This document shows positions 37,842 through 46,200 of a DNA stretch of 64,000 nucleotides, piece after piece. This stretch comes from Flavobacteriaceae bacterium UBA4022 (GTDB lineage: Bacteria > Bacteroidota > Bacteroidia > Flavobacteriales > Flavobacteriaceae), in contig DGAU01000003.1 of the NCBI GenBank assembly GCA_002384055.1, positions 5,931 through 69,930 on the forward strand. The letters are read 5' to 3'. Under the pieces are notes generated by a model. The model did no database searches. It worked only from the letters and a program-made list of their open reading frames with translations, and was not told where the DNA came from. Numbering within the stretch: the first letter of the stretch is position 1; every line of letters begins with the position of its first letter. A program made the translations under genes and the position numbers.

Positions 37842-39228
37842 AACCCAAAATTGATAATAATTGTTGACTGGTTTGTTGCGGGGCGAATACAGAGGTTTGG
37901 AGTTTACCGTCTTGATCGCGATCGATTAAAATATGTTTGGGCGCAGGGATCAAGCAATGCTGCAACCCGCCAAATCCACCAATTGACTCTTGATATGCAC
38001 CGGTATTAAAAAATCCGATATAGAGTGGTTTGTCCTTTCTAAACTTAGGCAGGTATATCGCGTTCACATGCTGCTCACTATTGTAGTAATCATCACTATC
38101 ACAGGTAAGCCCACCCAACAGAACCCGCTCATATTCATCAAACCAGCGGTTGACGGCCAACATAATGAACCGTTTATTGATCGCCCAGGTATCGGGCAAG
38201 GTTGTGATGAATGAAGAGTTGATCATGTTCCATTTCTCACGATCATTTTGTTGCTTCTGGTGTAACACTTCATAAATCGTTCCGCCACTTTCACCCACTG
38301 TAAAACTCCCAAATTCGGTAAAAATATGTGGAACAGGCACCCCTTCACTGGCACAAGTAATGTTGATTTGATTGATGATTTCATCGACCATATAAGGGTA
38401 ATCATAATCAAAGGCCAAAGAGTTCTTGATGGGAAATCCACCCCCGATATTTAAACTGTCGAGACTCGGACATATTTTTTTGAGTCGGGTATAGACCTTG
38501 AGACACTTGACCAACTCGTTCCAATAATAGGCATTGTCTTTGATTCCCGTATTGATGAAAAAGTGCAACATCTTGAGCTCTACTTTATCATTATACTTAA
38601 CCTGGTCTTCATAAAAAGGAACAATATTTTTATAACCAATCCCCAATCGAGAAGTGTAAAACTCAAATTTCGGCTCTTCCTCCGAGGCAATACGGATGCC
38701 AATACTAAAGTCACCATCAATAGCATTTGACAGCATATCTAATTCTTCATAATTGTCTATGATCGGAATACATTTCTTGTGTCCCCCGTTGATCAAACGA
38801 CCGATATTGGCGATGTACTCTTCGCGCTTAAATCCATTACAGATGACATAACTATCGTCACTGATGCGTCCTTCAGCCTTTAAATTTTCGACAATATTAA
38901 TATCATAGGCCGAAGACGTTTCTATATGGATGTCATTCTTAAGGGCTTCGACCAAAACATGCTTGAAATGTGCACTTTTGGTGCAGTAACTATAATTATA
39001 AGTCCCTTTGTAATTCTGCTTTTGAATGGCCTGATCAAACCATTGCTTGGCGCGATTTATATTTTCGGATATTTTTGGCAGATAAGTAAACTTAAGCGGA
39101 GCGCCATAGGTCTCCACCAAATCCATTAATGGAATCCCGTGAAAGACGAGATTATCCTCAGCCAAACAAAATTCAGCTTGGGGGAAGTCGTAGGTTTGAT
39201 CAATAAGATCGATGTATTTTGTGTTCAT
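37831..39228 (-). CDS. speA: Arginine decarboxylase-like fold-III PLP decarboxylase
   Basis: 465 aa with motifs YCTKS, NIGGGFPI, EFGSFTVGESG and GGLTCDSDD. First gene of the operon with speB. Confidence 0.8.
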   Translation of the reverse strand: MNTKYIDLIDQTYDFPQAEFCLAEDNLVFHGIPLMDLVETYGAPLKFTYLPKISENINRAKQWFDQAIQKQNYKGTYNYSYCTKSAHFKHVLVEALKNDIHIETSSAYDINIVENLKAEGRISDDSYVICNGFKREEYIANIGRLINGGHKKCIPIIDNYEELDMLSNAIDGDFSIGIRIASEEEPKFEFYTSRLGIGYKNIVPFYEDQVKYNDKVELKMLHFFINTGIKDNAYYWNELVKCLKVYTRLKKICPSLDSLNIGGGFPIKNSLAFDYDYPYMVDEIINQINITCASEGVPVPHIFTEFGSFTVGESGGTIYEVLHQKQQNDREKWNMINSSFITTLPDTWAINKRFIMLAVNRWFDEYERVLLGGLTCDSDDYYNSEQHVNAIYLPKFRKDKPLYIGFFNTGAYQESIGGFGGLQHCLIPAPKHILIDRDQDGKLQTSVFAPQQTSQQLLSILGYEH

Positions 39229-39561
39229 TTTGAGAGATACTGCGCATCATTAAAGCGCTGATTATTATGTAGACAATAGGTTTAAGGTTTCAATTCAAAC
39301 GCAAATCATACAATAATAGGAAGCATTGCCCAGACCTTTTTGCGCAGCAAAATGGTGAGATGTGGTGCAGATAATACGGAAGTTAGCTTTAAAGTTCGGT
39401 GCCTTACCTTGTAAGCTATTTTTGAATATGACTTCCTGATCTTCAAAAACCCGAATGTAAAAACCTGTTTCACTAATTTCGCTAATAACGGGGTAAATGT
39501 AATTTTTTTTTTGAATAAAAAGCGTGAAGTAAAAAAAAATCAAAAAATATTTTTTATACCG

Positions 39562-40443
39562 CTAAAGCATTGAAAATAAGTCGATTTCTTCTGTTGTAAG
39601 GGTGCGCCAGCGGCCCCTAGGCAGGTCCTTTTTGGTCAAATGGGCTAGGGTGACACAATCTACTTTAACCACCTGGTAACCCAGGTGTTCAAATAATTCG
39701 CGGATCACACTATTGCCGAGGTTCTTGATTTTGAGACCGACCTCTTTTTTGGGTTTATTCGCGACATAACTGATCTCTTCCACTTGAATGGTCTTTTCGC
39801 CCAAGGTGAATCCTTCTTTAATTTTTTGGATATCTGCGGCCTTTAAGTTCTTGTCCAACTCAATATGGAAAAGCCTTGGCATGCCTTTCTTGTGCAGTTT
39901 ATTCATTAACTGATCGTCGTTGGTAAAGAGAAACAATCCCGTGGCATTGCGTCCCAATCGTCCGACAGGTTTTAGATTGGCTGAACTCGCATTGGCAATT
40001 AAATCCATCACGGTAAGACCCTTGGATTCACTATTGGTAGAGGCGACAGATTTGGGTTTATTAAGGAGCACGTAAGTTGGTGGATCTGGCTGTAGTCTGC
40101 GCCCATCAAATTTGACTTCTTCTCCAGGCTGTACCATATAGCCCATAACATTGACGACCTTACCATTGACCGTCACCAGGCCTGATGCGATATAGGTATC
40201 TGCTTCTCTGCGAGAACAAATGCCACTATTGGCTACGTATTTATTCAATCGAATGCCGTCTTTTTTTGGTGCACTGGGCTTTGCCCCAACTTTTAGGTTG
40301 GATTTTTTTATGCGGTCCTGCCGAAATGAGGTCGGCTTATTTATCGGCTTTTTGGCCCCTATTGGACTCTGGGATTTTGGCCCTTTTGGGGATTTAGGTC
40401 CCGACTTGGAAGTTTCTTTTTTTGCCATAACACAAAACACCAT
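39562..40443 (-). CDS. RsuA/RluB-family pseudouridine synthase homolog with S4 domain, Gly at the catalytic-Asp position
   Basis: Lys/Pro-rich N-terminus and S4 domain (IRLNKYVANSGICSRREADTYIASGLVTVNG). The family motif reads PVGRLGRNATGLFLFTND where GRLDxxTxGL is expected. C-terminal LPRGRWRTLTTEEI. An alternative ATG lies at 40428. Confidence 0.8.
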   Translation of the reverse strand: MVFCVMAKKETSKSGPKSPKGPKSQSPIGAKKPINKPTSFRQDRIKKSNLKVGAKPSAPKKDGIRLNKYVANSGICSRREADTYIASGLVTVNGKVVNVMGYMVQPGEEVKFDGRRLQPDPPTYVLLNKPKSVASTNSESKGLTVMDLIANASSANLKPVGRLGRNATGLFLFTNDDQLMNKLHKKGMPRLFHIELDKNLKAADIQKIKEGFTLGEKTIQVEEISYVANKPKKEVGLKIKNLGNSVIRELFEHLGYQVVKVDCVTLAHLTKKDLPRGRWRTLTTEEIDLFSML

Positions 40444-40462
40444 CAGGTGATTCTATTTTGCG

Positions 40463-40470
40463 CAAAGATA
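40463..40470 (-). promoter_or_regulatory. Candidate -7 box TATCTTTG for the RluB-like gene
   Basis: The minus-strand sequence tatctttg matches TAnnTTTG and ends 19 nt upstream of the ATG at 40443. Confidence 0.35.
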
Positions 40471-40536
40471 ATCATTAAATTAGGTCTCCGTTTTTTATCC
40501 GGTATTTATTCCATATTCGTGTGTTCACAAACCAAT

Positions 40537-41430
40537 CTACTGAAAATGAGCGCTATCCAACAAGATGATGCTGCCCACTCCTAGCACAATGGCCAAACGC
40601 AGCAAGGCATGAAGCATTAAGTAGTGCTTTTTGTCCTCAGCACGCCAAAGCAGCAGCAGGAACAACGCCAAAAGCACTATTGTGGCATAAAAATAGTACC
40701 GCATATCTCCGATAGGATAATTCGTCAGCAGAATTATTGTCGGCACATAGGTTAATCCTACAACCAGAGAGGCCCAATATTTAGCCTCACGCTCTCCATA
40801 AACCACGGGAATAGTTCGGTAATTTTGTGCCAAATCACCCTTCAAATTTTCAAGGTCTTTGATGATTTCACGCAACACCAATAGCAATAGCAAAAAACTT
40901 GCATGCACCAAGATGATCGCGTCAAAATTCCTGTAATACACCACCAGAACAAATAGCGGCATGACCGATAAAAGGGCCGCTGAAATATTGCCAACAAAAA
41001 GATGCTTTTTGAGTCGATGTGAGTAATACCACAATAAGAAGATAAAGCCCGTGAAAAATAAAACCGCATTAAAGGACACGGCACTCGCCAATAATACAAC
41101 AGCAAAGTTAAGCAGAAAATAGCCTGTGAGTTGCGTTTGCTGTCTGACCTGTCGATCCAGGATGGTCCTTCTGGGTCGATTGATCAAGTCTTTCTCTTTA
41201 TCGTAAAAGTTATTAATGATGTACCCGGCAGCAATGGCCAAGGAAGAAGCCCCAATGAGCAACCACAAATCCAAGACCCCTAAAACCGATTTGACGGGAC
41301 GATCTGGCGACAAAATAAAGACAGCCGTAAGGACTTGAGCCAAAACCAAAACTGCGATAGCATAGCCCCGCACCACAGAAAAAAGGCCAAGGAGTTTAAG
41401 CAACATATATTTTTGATTGCGGGTCAGCAT
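40537..41430 (-). CDS. UbiA-family prenyltransferase
   Basis: About 9 TM helices. NxxxDxxxD motif NNFYDKEKDLINRP. Lies directly downstream of the mevalonate genes. Confidence 0.8.
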   Translation of the reverse strand: MLTRNQKYMLLKLLGLFSVVRGYAIAVLVLAQVLTAVFILSPDRPVKSVLGVLDLWLLIGASSLAIAAGYIINNFYDKEKDLINRPRRTILDRQVRQQTQLTGYFLLNFAVVLLASAVSFNAVLFFTGFIFLLWYYSHRLKKHLFVGNISAALLSVMPLFVLVVYYRNFDAIILVHASFLLLLLVLREIIKDLENLKGDLAQNYRTIPVVYGEREAKYWASLVVGLTYVPTIILLTNYPIGDMRYYFYATIVLLALFLLLLWRAEDKKHYLMLHALLRLAIVLGVGSIILLDSAHFQ

Positions 41431-41451
41431 ACGCGCAAGGTTTAAATGGCT

Positions 41452-42390
41452 CTAGAATTGATAGACCACTTCAAGTTTATGCCCTTTTAGGGCGGTTTGT
41501 GCCGCAGCCAAGTCTTGGGTAAAACCCAGCATATAACCACCACCACCTGAGCCACAGAGTTTGAGATAATAAGCATTACTCTCCAAACCTTTTTGCCAGA
41601 GGCCATGAAATTTCTTTGGGATCATTGGCTGAAAATGATCCAAAACAACTTTTGAGAGCTGCTTGATGTTCCCAAATAAAGAGGTAACATCGCCCTTCAA
41701 AAAGTCGTCAACACAAGAATCGGTATGCCTGACAAACTCATTTTTGAGCATGTTCCTGAATCCCTCATGCTTCATTTTTTCCATAAAGATCTCAACCATC
41801 GGTGCCGTTTCGCCAGTAATGCCACTATCTAATAGAAAGACCGCTCCGCCACTTTTGTTCGTTTGAGAAGGAATGCCAGCAGGCTCAATATGGTCTTGAG
41901 AATTGATCAAAATCGGCAAACTGAGGTAACTGTTCAAAGGATCTAAGCCCGAGGATTTACCATGAAAAAAGGACTCCATTTGTGCAAAAATCACCTTCAG
42001 TTCGAGCAGTTTTTCGCGGGTAAGGTTTTCGAGTACGGTAATTTTTTGATGGGCATAGCCGTCATAAATTGCGGCAACTAATGCGCCACTACTCCCCACG
42101 CCATAACCTTGTGGAATACTCGAGTCAAAATACATTCCACCAGAGAGATCCGAATCCAAACGGTCTAAGTCAAAGGTTACAGATATTTCATCCTGAACAA
42201 CTAACCCACGTAGATAGCCAGAAAATCGGACTAAATGGGCTGTGGAAGCCTCTGTTAGCGGCGTTTTCTCTTCAGGCGTTTTGAGGGCCCCATTATAAAA
42301 ATTGTAAGGTATCGAAAGGCCTTTCGAATCTTTGATGATTCCATATTCGCCAAACAGCAGAATTTTCGAATAAAACAACGGGCCTCTCAT
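41452..42390 (-). CDS. GHMP kinase (mevalonate kinase-like)
   Basis: GHMP motif PQGYGVGSSGALVAA and C-terminal CGSGGGGYMLGF. Adjacent to the decarboxylase gene. Confidence 0.75.
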   Translation of the reverse strand: MRGPLFYSKILLFGEYGIIKDSKGLSIPYNFYNGALKTPEEKTPLTEASTAHLVRFSGYLRGLVVQDEISVTFDLDRLDSDLSGGMYFDSSIPQGYGVGSSGALVAAIYDGYAHQKITVLENLTREKLLELKVIFAQMESFFHGKSSGLDPLNSYLSLPILINSQDHIEPAGIPSQTNKSGGAVFLLDSGITGETAPMVEIFMEKMKHEGFRNMLKNEFVRHTDSCVDDFLKGDVTSLFGNIKQLSKVVLDHFQPMIPKKFHGLWQKGLESNAYYLKLCGSGGGGYMLGFTQDLAAAQTALKGHKLEVVYQF

Positions 42391-42411
42391 GTGGATTTGT
42401 TTGATGTAAAA

Positions 42412-43494
42412 TTACAGTTTTTTTAGTCCACGACCAACTCGGTCGATGATATATCGCCCGAGACTGCAATACGGCTTTAATTCGCGATCAATAAACTCCA
42501 AAACGGCAGTTTTGATATGCTCAGGATACAACACATGGACATTAGCACCGGCATCTAAGGTAAAACAGACCGGATACTCCGTATGGGCCCTAAACTTTCG
42601 TATGGCTTCAATGATGCTGAGGGTGTTGGGTTTCATCAGGATAAAACTAGGATCTGAAGTGAGCATCATCGCATGCAAAGCCAGTGCTTCCCGCTCTACC
42701 AAATCGCTAAAGGACATCAAATCACCGCTGGCCAATATCGGCATCAAGTCGGACAAATGCTTTTGGGCTTGATCAAAACGCGCTGCCGCATAAGGATGAT
42801 CGTGCATCAGGCCATGGCCCACGGTACTACTGACGACTTTTTCGCCTTCATCTACCAACAATATAGTGTCCTGATAGGTCGTAAAGACCGGGTCTAGAGG
42901 CTGCTCATAAACGGTTCCGTACAAATTATTGGCCTGTGGTATTTGGGGATGATCACCCCAAACCACCATGGGTCCTTGAATACTGCGCGCGGCACTTCCA
43001 CTGCCTAAACGGGCCAAAAAAGACGCCTTTTGATCAAAATCAGCTGGGGACATGGGCTGCATTAAACAGGTGTTTTCTAGAGCCAATAAAGCTCCGGCTA
43101 AAGCCGCCATACCACTAGCCGAGGAGGCAATTCCGCTGCTATGAGGGAAAGTATTGGTCGTCTTGATGTCAAAATGATAATCTTCGAGCAGCGGTAAAAA
43201 GTTCAAGATACGTTCAAAAAACTGTTCAATCTTAGGAACAAAAGAAGGTTGTGGCACACCATCAAATACTACCGCTAGCGAAAACCCTTTGCTATGTTTC
43301 TTCTTGAAGTGCAGATCAGTTTGGGTCACGCAAGCATCTAGGGTAAAACTGATGCTGGCATTTTTGGGCAATTGTACCCCGTATTTCCCCCAATACTTGA
43401 CCAAAGCAATGTTACTTGGCGCCTGATAACCGATCAGTCCAGAATCTGGTGTTTGGCCATAAGCTTTTGATAAAAAGTGGTCTTCTGAATTCAT
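42412..43494 (-). CDS. Diphosphomevalonate decarboxylase family protein
   Basis: Motifs PSNIALVKYWGK, SSGIASSASG, RLGSGSAARS and FTLDAGANVH. Confidence 0.85.
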   Translation of the reverse strand: MNSEDHFLSKAYGQTPDSGLIGYQAPSNIALVKYWGKYGVQLPKNASISFTLDACVTQTDLHFKKKHSKGFSLAVVFDGVPQPSFVPKIEQFFERILNFLPLLEDYHFDIKTTNTFPHSSGIASSASGMAALAGALLALENTCLMQPMSPADFDQKASFLARLGSGSAARSIQGPMVVWGDHPQIPQANNLYGTVYEQPLDPVFTTYQDTILLVDEGEKVVSSTVGHGLMHDHPYAAARFDQAQKHLSDLMPILASGDLMSFSDLVEREALALHAMMLTSDPSFILMKPNTLSIIEAIRKFRAHTEYPVCFTLDAGANVHVLYPEHIKTAVLEFIDRELKPYCSLGRYIIDRVGRGLKKL

Positions 43495-43549
43495 GGCAAC
43501 TGCTTTTGAAGGGCAAATATAACCAAAAGCTTGCAGTCATCGGCCGGGG

Positions 43550-43906
43550 TTAATACATAAGATGCCTCTGGGTGCTTTTGCGCCAAAGGGCCTGATGCTG
43601 CTGGGCCACAAAATAAATTTTGAGGTCGGCTTGATGCGCGTAGTCCACAAAATAAATGGTTTGATCGGCTTGATGGGCATGGTCGGTAAAATACCAAAGC
43701 CCCTCATTGCCTTTTGCCTGATGACCATGAGCAACCTTATGCACCAAAAGATCTGCTTGATGGGCTTGGTCGGTGACAAAAACCTTGACCTTGGCTTGAT
43801 GGGCATGATCCACACTAAATACCTTTTGTGCCATAGCCATCGACGGCACAAGCCATAAAAAAGCGATAAATAAACGAGTGCGAAATGAATGTGGTCTTGT
43901 TTTCAT
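43550..43906 (-). CDS. Secreted His-rich repeat protein (resembles the DUF6150-type repeat family)
   Basis: 27-aa signal peptide ending AMAQ. Six degenerate repeats are built on xAHQA(D/K) followed by a short hydrophobic strand (DHAHQAKVKVFV, DQAHQADLLV, AHGHQAK, DHAHQADQTIYFV, DYAHQADLKIYFV, QQHQAL). Confidence 0.65.
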   Translation of the reverse strand: MKTRPHSFRTRLFIAFLWLVPSMAMAQKVFSVDHAHQAKVKVFVTDQAHQADLLVHKVAHGHQAKGNEGLWYFTDHAHQADQTIYFVDYAHQADLKIYFVAQQHQALWRKSTQRHLMY

Positions 43907-43940
43907 CTCTCTAAGTTAGGCATTTTGATTTTATCTCATA

Positions 43941-43970
43941 AAAAAACCCAGGCCAAAGGCCCGGGTTTTT
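43941..43970 (-). terminator. Terminator downstream of tRNA-Leu
   Basis: On the minus strand, cccgggcc-uuu-ggccuggg forms 8 bp including one G-U, followed by a U-run. On the plus strand the same position would be an A-C mismatch. Confidence 0.6.
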
Positions 43971-43971
43971 G

Positions 43972-44053
43972 TGCGGCTGAAGGGAGTCGAACCCCCACGC
44001 CTTGCGGCACTAGATCCTAAGTCTAGCATGTCTACCAATTCCATCACAGCCGC
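43972..44053 (-). tRNA. tRNA-Leu (anticodon TAG)
   Basis: The reverse complement folds as a class II tRNA. Acceptor GCGGCTG/CAGCCGC plus discriminator A, anticodon stem CTAGA/TCTAG with loop CT-TAG-GA, long variable arm, and T-loop TTCGACT. 82 nt, no encoded CCA. Confidence 0.9.
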
Positions 44054-44166
44054 AATGGATTTTCTTACTTAGGACGGCAAATATACATAAGTTTTAGAAT
44101 TAACAAATCGACCTATTTAAAAATTATGACTTTTCGTAACTTCGGCTCCACCAAAGAAAAAACATC

Positions 44167-45573
44167 ATGAAAAGTGCTTTAGCCTATATCGAAACGCATA
44201 AGGACCGATTTTTAAATGAACTCATTGATCTTCTAAAAATCCCTTCGATAAGTGCAGACCCCAAATTCAAGCCAGAAATTGTCCAAACGGCCAACCAGGT
44301 CAAAGCGGCCTTAAGCGCGGCTGGCTGCGACCACGTAGCCATTCACCAAACACCGGGCAACCCCATCGTCTATGGCGAAAAAATACTCGGACCGGACTAC
44401 CCCACTATTTTGGTTTATGGTCATTATGACGTGCAGCCACCAGACCCGATTGGTCTGTGGGACAGTCCGCCATTTGAACCCGTGATCAAATCCACGGAGC
44501 TGCATCCCGAGGGGGCTATTTTTGCCCGTGGTGCTTGTGACGACAAGGGACAAATGTACATGCATGTCAAAGCCCTTGAATACATGACAGCCACCAATCA
44601 ATTGCCTTGTAATGTCAAATTCATGATCGAAGGCGAAGAAGAAGTCGGTAGTAAAAACCTCACAGATTTTGTCTTGGCAAACAAAGAAAAATTGGCCAAC
44701 GATATCATCCTCATTAGCGATACTGGGATGATTGCCAACGACATTCCCTCAATAACGACTGGTCTGCGCGGCTTATCTTATGTCGAAGTTGAGGTCACTG
44801 GGCCAAACCGTGATCTACACAGCGGACTTTATGGCGGTGCGGTGGCCAACCCTATCAACATCCTGACCAAAATGATTGCCTCCCTGCATGACCAACAAAA
44901 CCACATCACTATTCCTGGGTTTTATGACGATGTCGAAGAACTCTCCAGTATAGAGCGCGCTGAGATGGCCAAGGCTCCTTTTGATATCCACGCTTACCGC
45001 AAGGCTTTGAACATCGAAGAAGTATTTGGCGAGCACGGATACACCACCAACGAACGCAATGCCATACGCCCAACCTTAGATGTGAACGGAATCTGGGGCG
45101 GATATACCGGCGAAGGTGCCAAAACCGTCATTGCCAGCAAGGCCTACGCCAAAATAAGTATGCGTTTGGTCCCGAACCAGAACTGGCATACAATTTCTGA
45201 TTTGTTTGCAGCGCATTTCAAGTCAATTGCGCCCAAAGGTGTCACGGTAGGAGTGACCATTCATCATGGCGGGCAGGGCTATGTTACCCCGACCAATCAT
45301 ATCGGCTATCAAGCGGCGTCCAATGCTTACCAGACTACTTTTGGGACCAAACCTGTTCCGCAACGCAGTGGAGGCAGTATCCCTATCGTCTCATTGTTCG
45401 AATCGGCTTTAGGACAAAAAACCATATTAATGGGCTTTGGCCTGGATAGTGATGCCATTCATTCGCCCAACGAACATTTCGGGCTATGGAATTATTTTAA
45501 AGGCATAGAAACCATTCCACAATTCTATCATGAATTCGTGGCCCTTCATCGCCAAAGCAGAAAAGATAATTAG
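44167..45573 (+). CDS. M20/M25/M40-family dipeptidase-like metallohydrolase
   Basis: 468 aa with motifs LVYGHYDVQP, ARGACDDKGQ, MIEGEEEVGS and HSPNEH. Confidence 0.85.
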   Translation: MKSALAYIETHKDRFLNELIDLLKIPSISADPKFKPEIVQTANQVKAALSAAGCDHVAIHQTPGNPIVYGEKILGPDYPTILVYGHYDVQPPDPIGLWDSPPFEPVIKSTELHPEGAIFARGACDDKGQMYMHVKALEYMTATNQLPCNVKFMIEGEEEVGSKNLTDFVLANKEKLANDIILISDTGMIANDIPSITTGLRGLSYVEVEVTGPNRDLHSGLYGGAVANPINILTKMIASLHDQQNHITIPGFYDDVEELSSIERAEMAKAPFDIHAYRKALNIEEVFGEHGYTTNERNAIRPTLDVNGIWGGYTGEGAKTVIASKAYAKISMRLVPNQNWHTISDLFAAHFKSIAPKGVTVGVTIHHGGQGYVTPTNHIGYQAASNAYQTTFGTKPVPQRSGGSIPIVSLFESALGQKTILMGFGLDSDAIHSPNEHFGLWNYFKGIETIPQFYHEFVALHRQSRKDN

Positions 45574-46142
45574 GTCTTTTTGACGTATTGAGTGACCAAT
45601 ACAATCGTTTGGCCATCGACCTTTCCTTCAATATAGGCTTCATTTTCGGGATCAAGAGAGATACGGCGCACTGCGGTCCCTTGTTTGGCGACCATATTAC
45701 TGCCCTTAACCTTGAGGTCTTTGATCAATACCACAGAATCCCCTGCCGACAAAGGCACACCATTGACATCGCGGTGCTGCAATTTGGGTTGTGCTTCTTG
45801 ACCATCACCAGAGGCTGCTGCCCATTGAGCCATTTCTGGTTCTAGGTACATCATATCGATCAAGTCTTGTGGCCAGCCCTGGTCTTTGATGCGTTGCAAC
45901 ATCCGCCAAGCCAAGACCTGGATGACCGGTTCGGGATGCCAAATAGCGTCATTCAGACAACGCCAATGGTGCACATCGTGCTCTGGAGCCTCTATATCTG
46001 TCCGGCACTTAGCGCACAACAAAGCATGTGCAGAAACATCCGAAGTGGGTGAATCTGGCACCGTATAGGTTTGTAACTTTTGGTCACTCTGGCAAAGCTC
46101 ACACTGACTTGAACGTTCATAAAGTAATTTTTCGATGGTCAT
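45570..46142 (-). CDS. phnA: PhnA-family protein (zinc ribbon + PhnA domain)
   Basis: N-terminal CxxC...CxxC (CELCQS...CAKC). C-terminal PhnA domain DVNGVPLSAGDSVVLIKDLKVKGS...GTAVRRI...IEGKVDGQTIVL. Confidence 0.8.
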   Translation of the reverse strand: MTIEKLLYERSSQCELCQSDQKLQTYTVPDSPTSDVSAHALLCAKCRTDIEAPEHDVHHWRCLNDAIWHPEPVIQVLAWRMLQRIKDQGWPQDLIDMMYLEPEMAQWAAASGDGQEAQPKLQHRDVNGVPLSAGDSVVLIKDLKVKGSNMVAKQGTAVRRISLDPENEAYIEGKVDGQTIVLVTQYVKKT

Positions 46143-46200
46143 AATTATATTTTTAGCGCCGAGGGGATATGAAGGGCAAGGTCAAAAACCGCAACATTAA

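Noticed and set aside
39295-39543. 82-aa ORF filling the speA upstream region.
   Set aside because: The start codon lies within the A/T homopolymer region, the composition is odd and no family is recognised. It is treated as non-coding leader, though a short regulatory uORF cannot be excluded.
43491-43858. Three additional long ORFs (68, 104 and 98 aa, both strands) across the His-rich repeat gene, and a periodic DNA repeat that could be mistaken for a tandem or CRISPR-like array.
   Set aside because: Only the 43550-43906 minus frame has a signal peptide and a coherent repeat protein. The other frames are artefacts of the stop-poor repeated motif. The repeats are contiguous and in frame, with no spacer structure.
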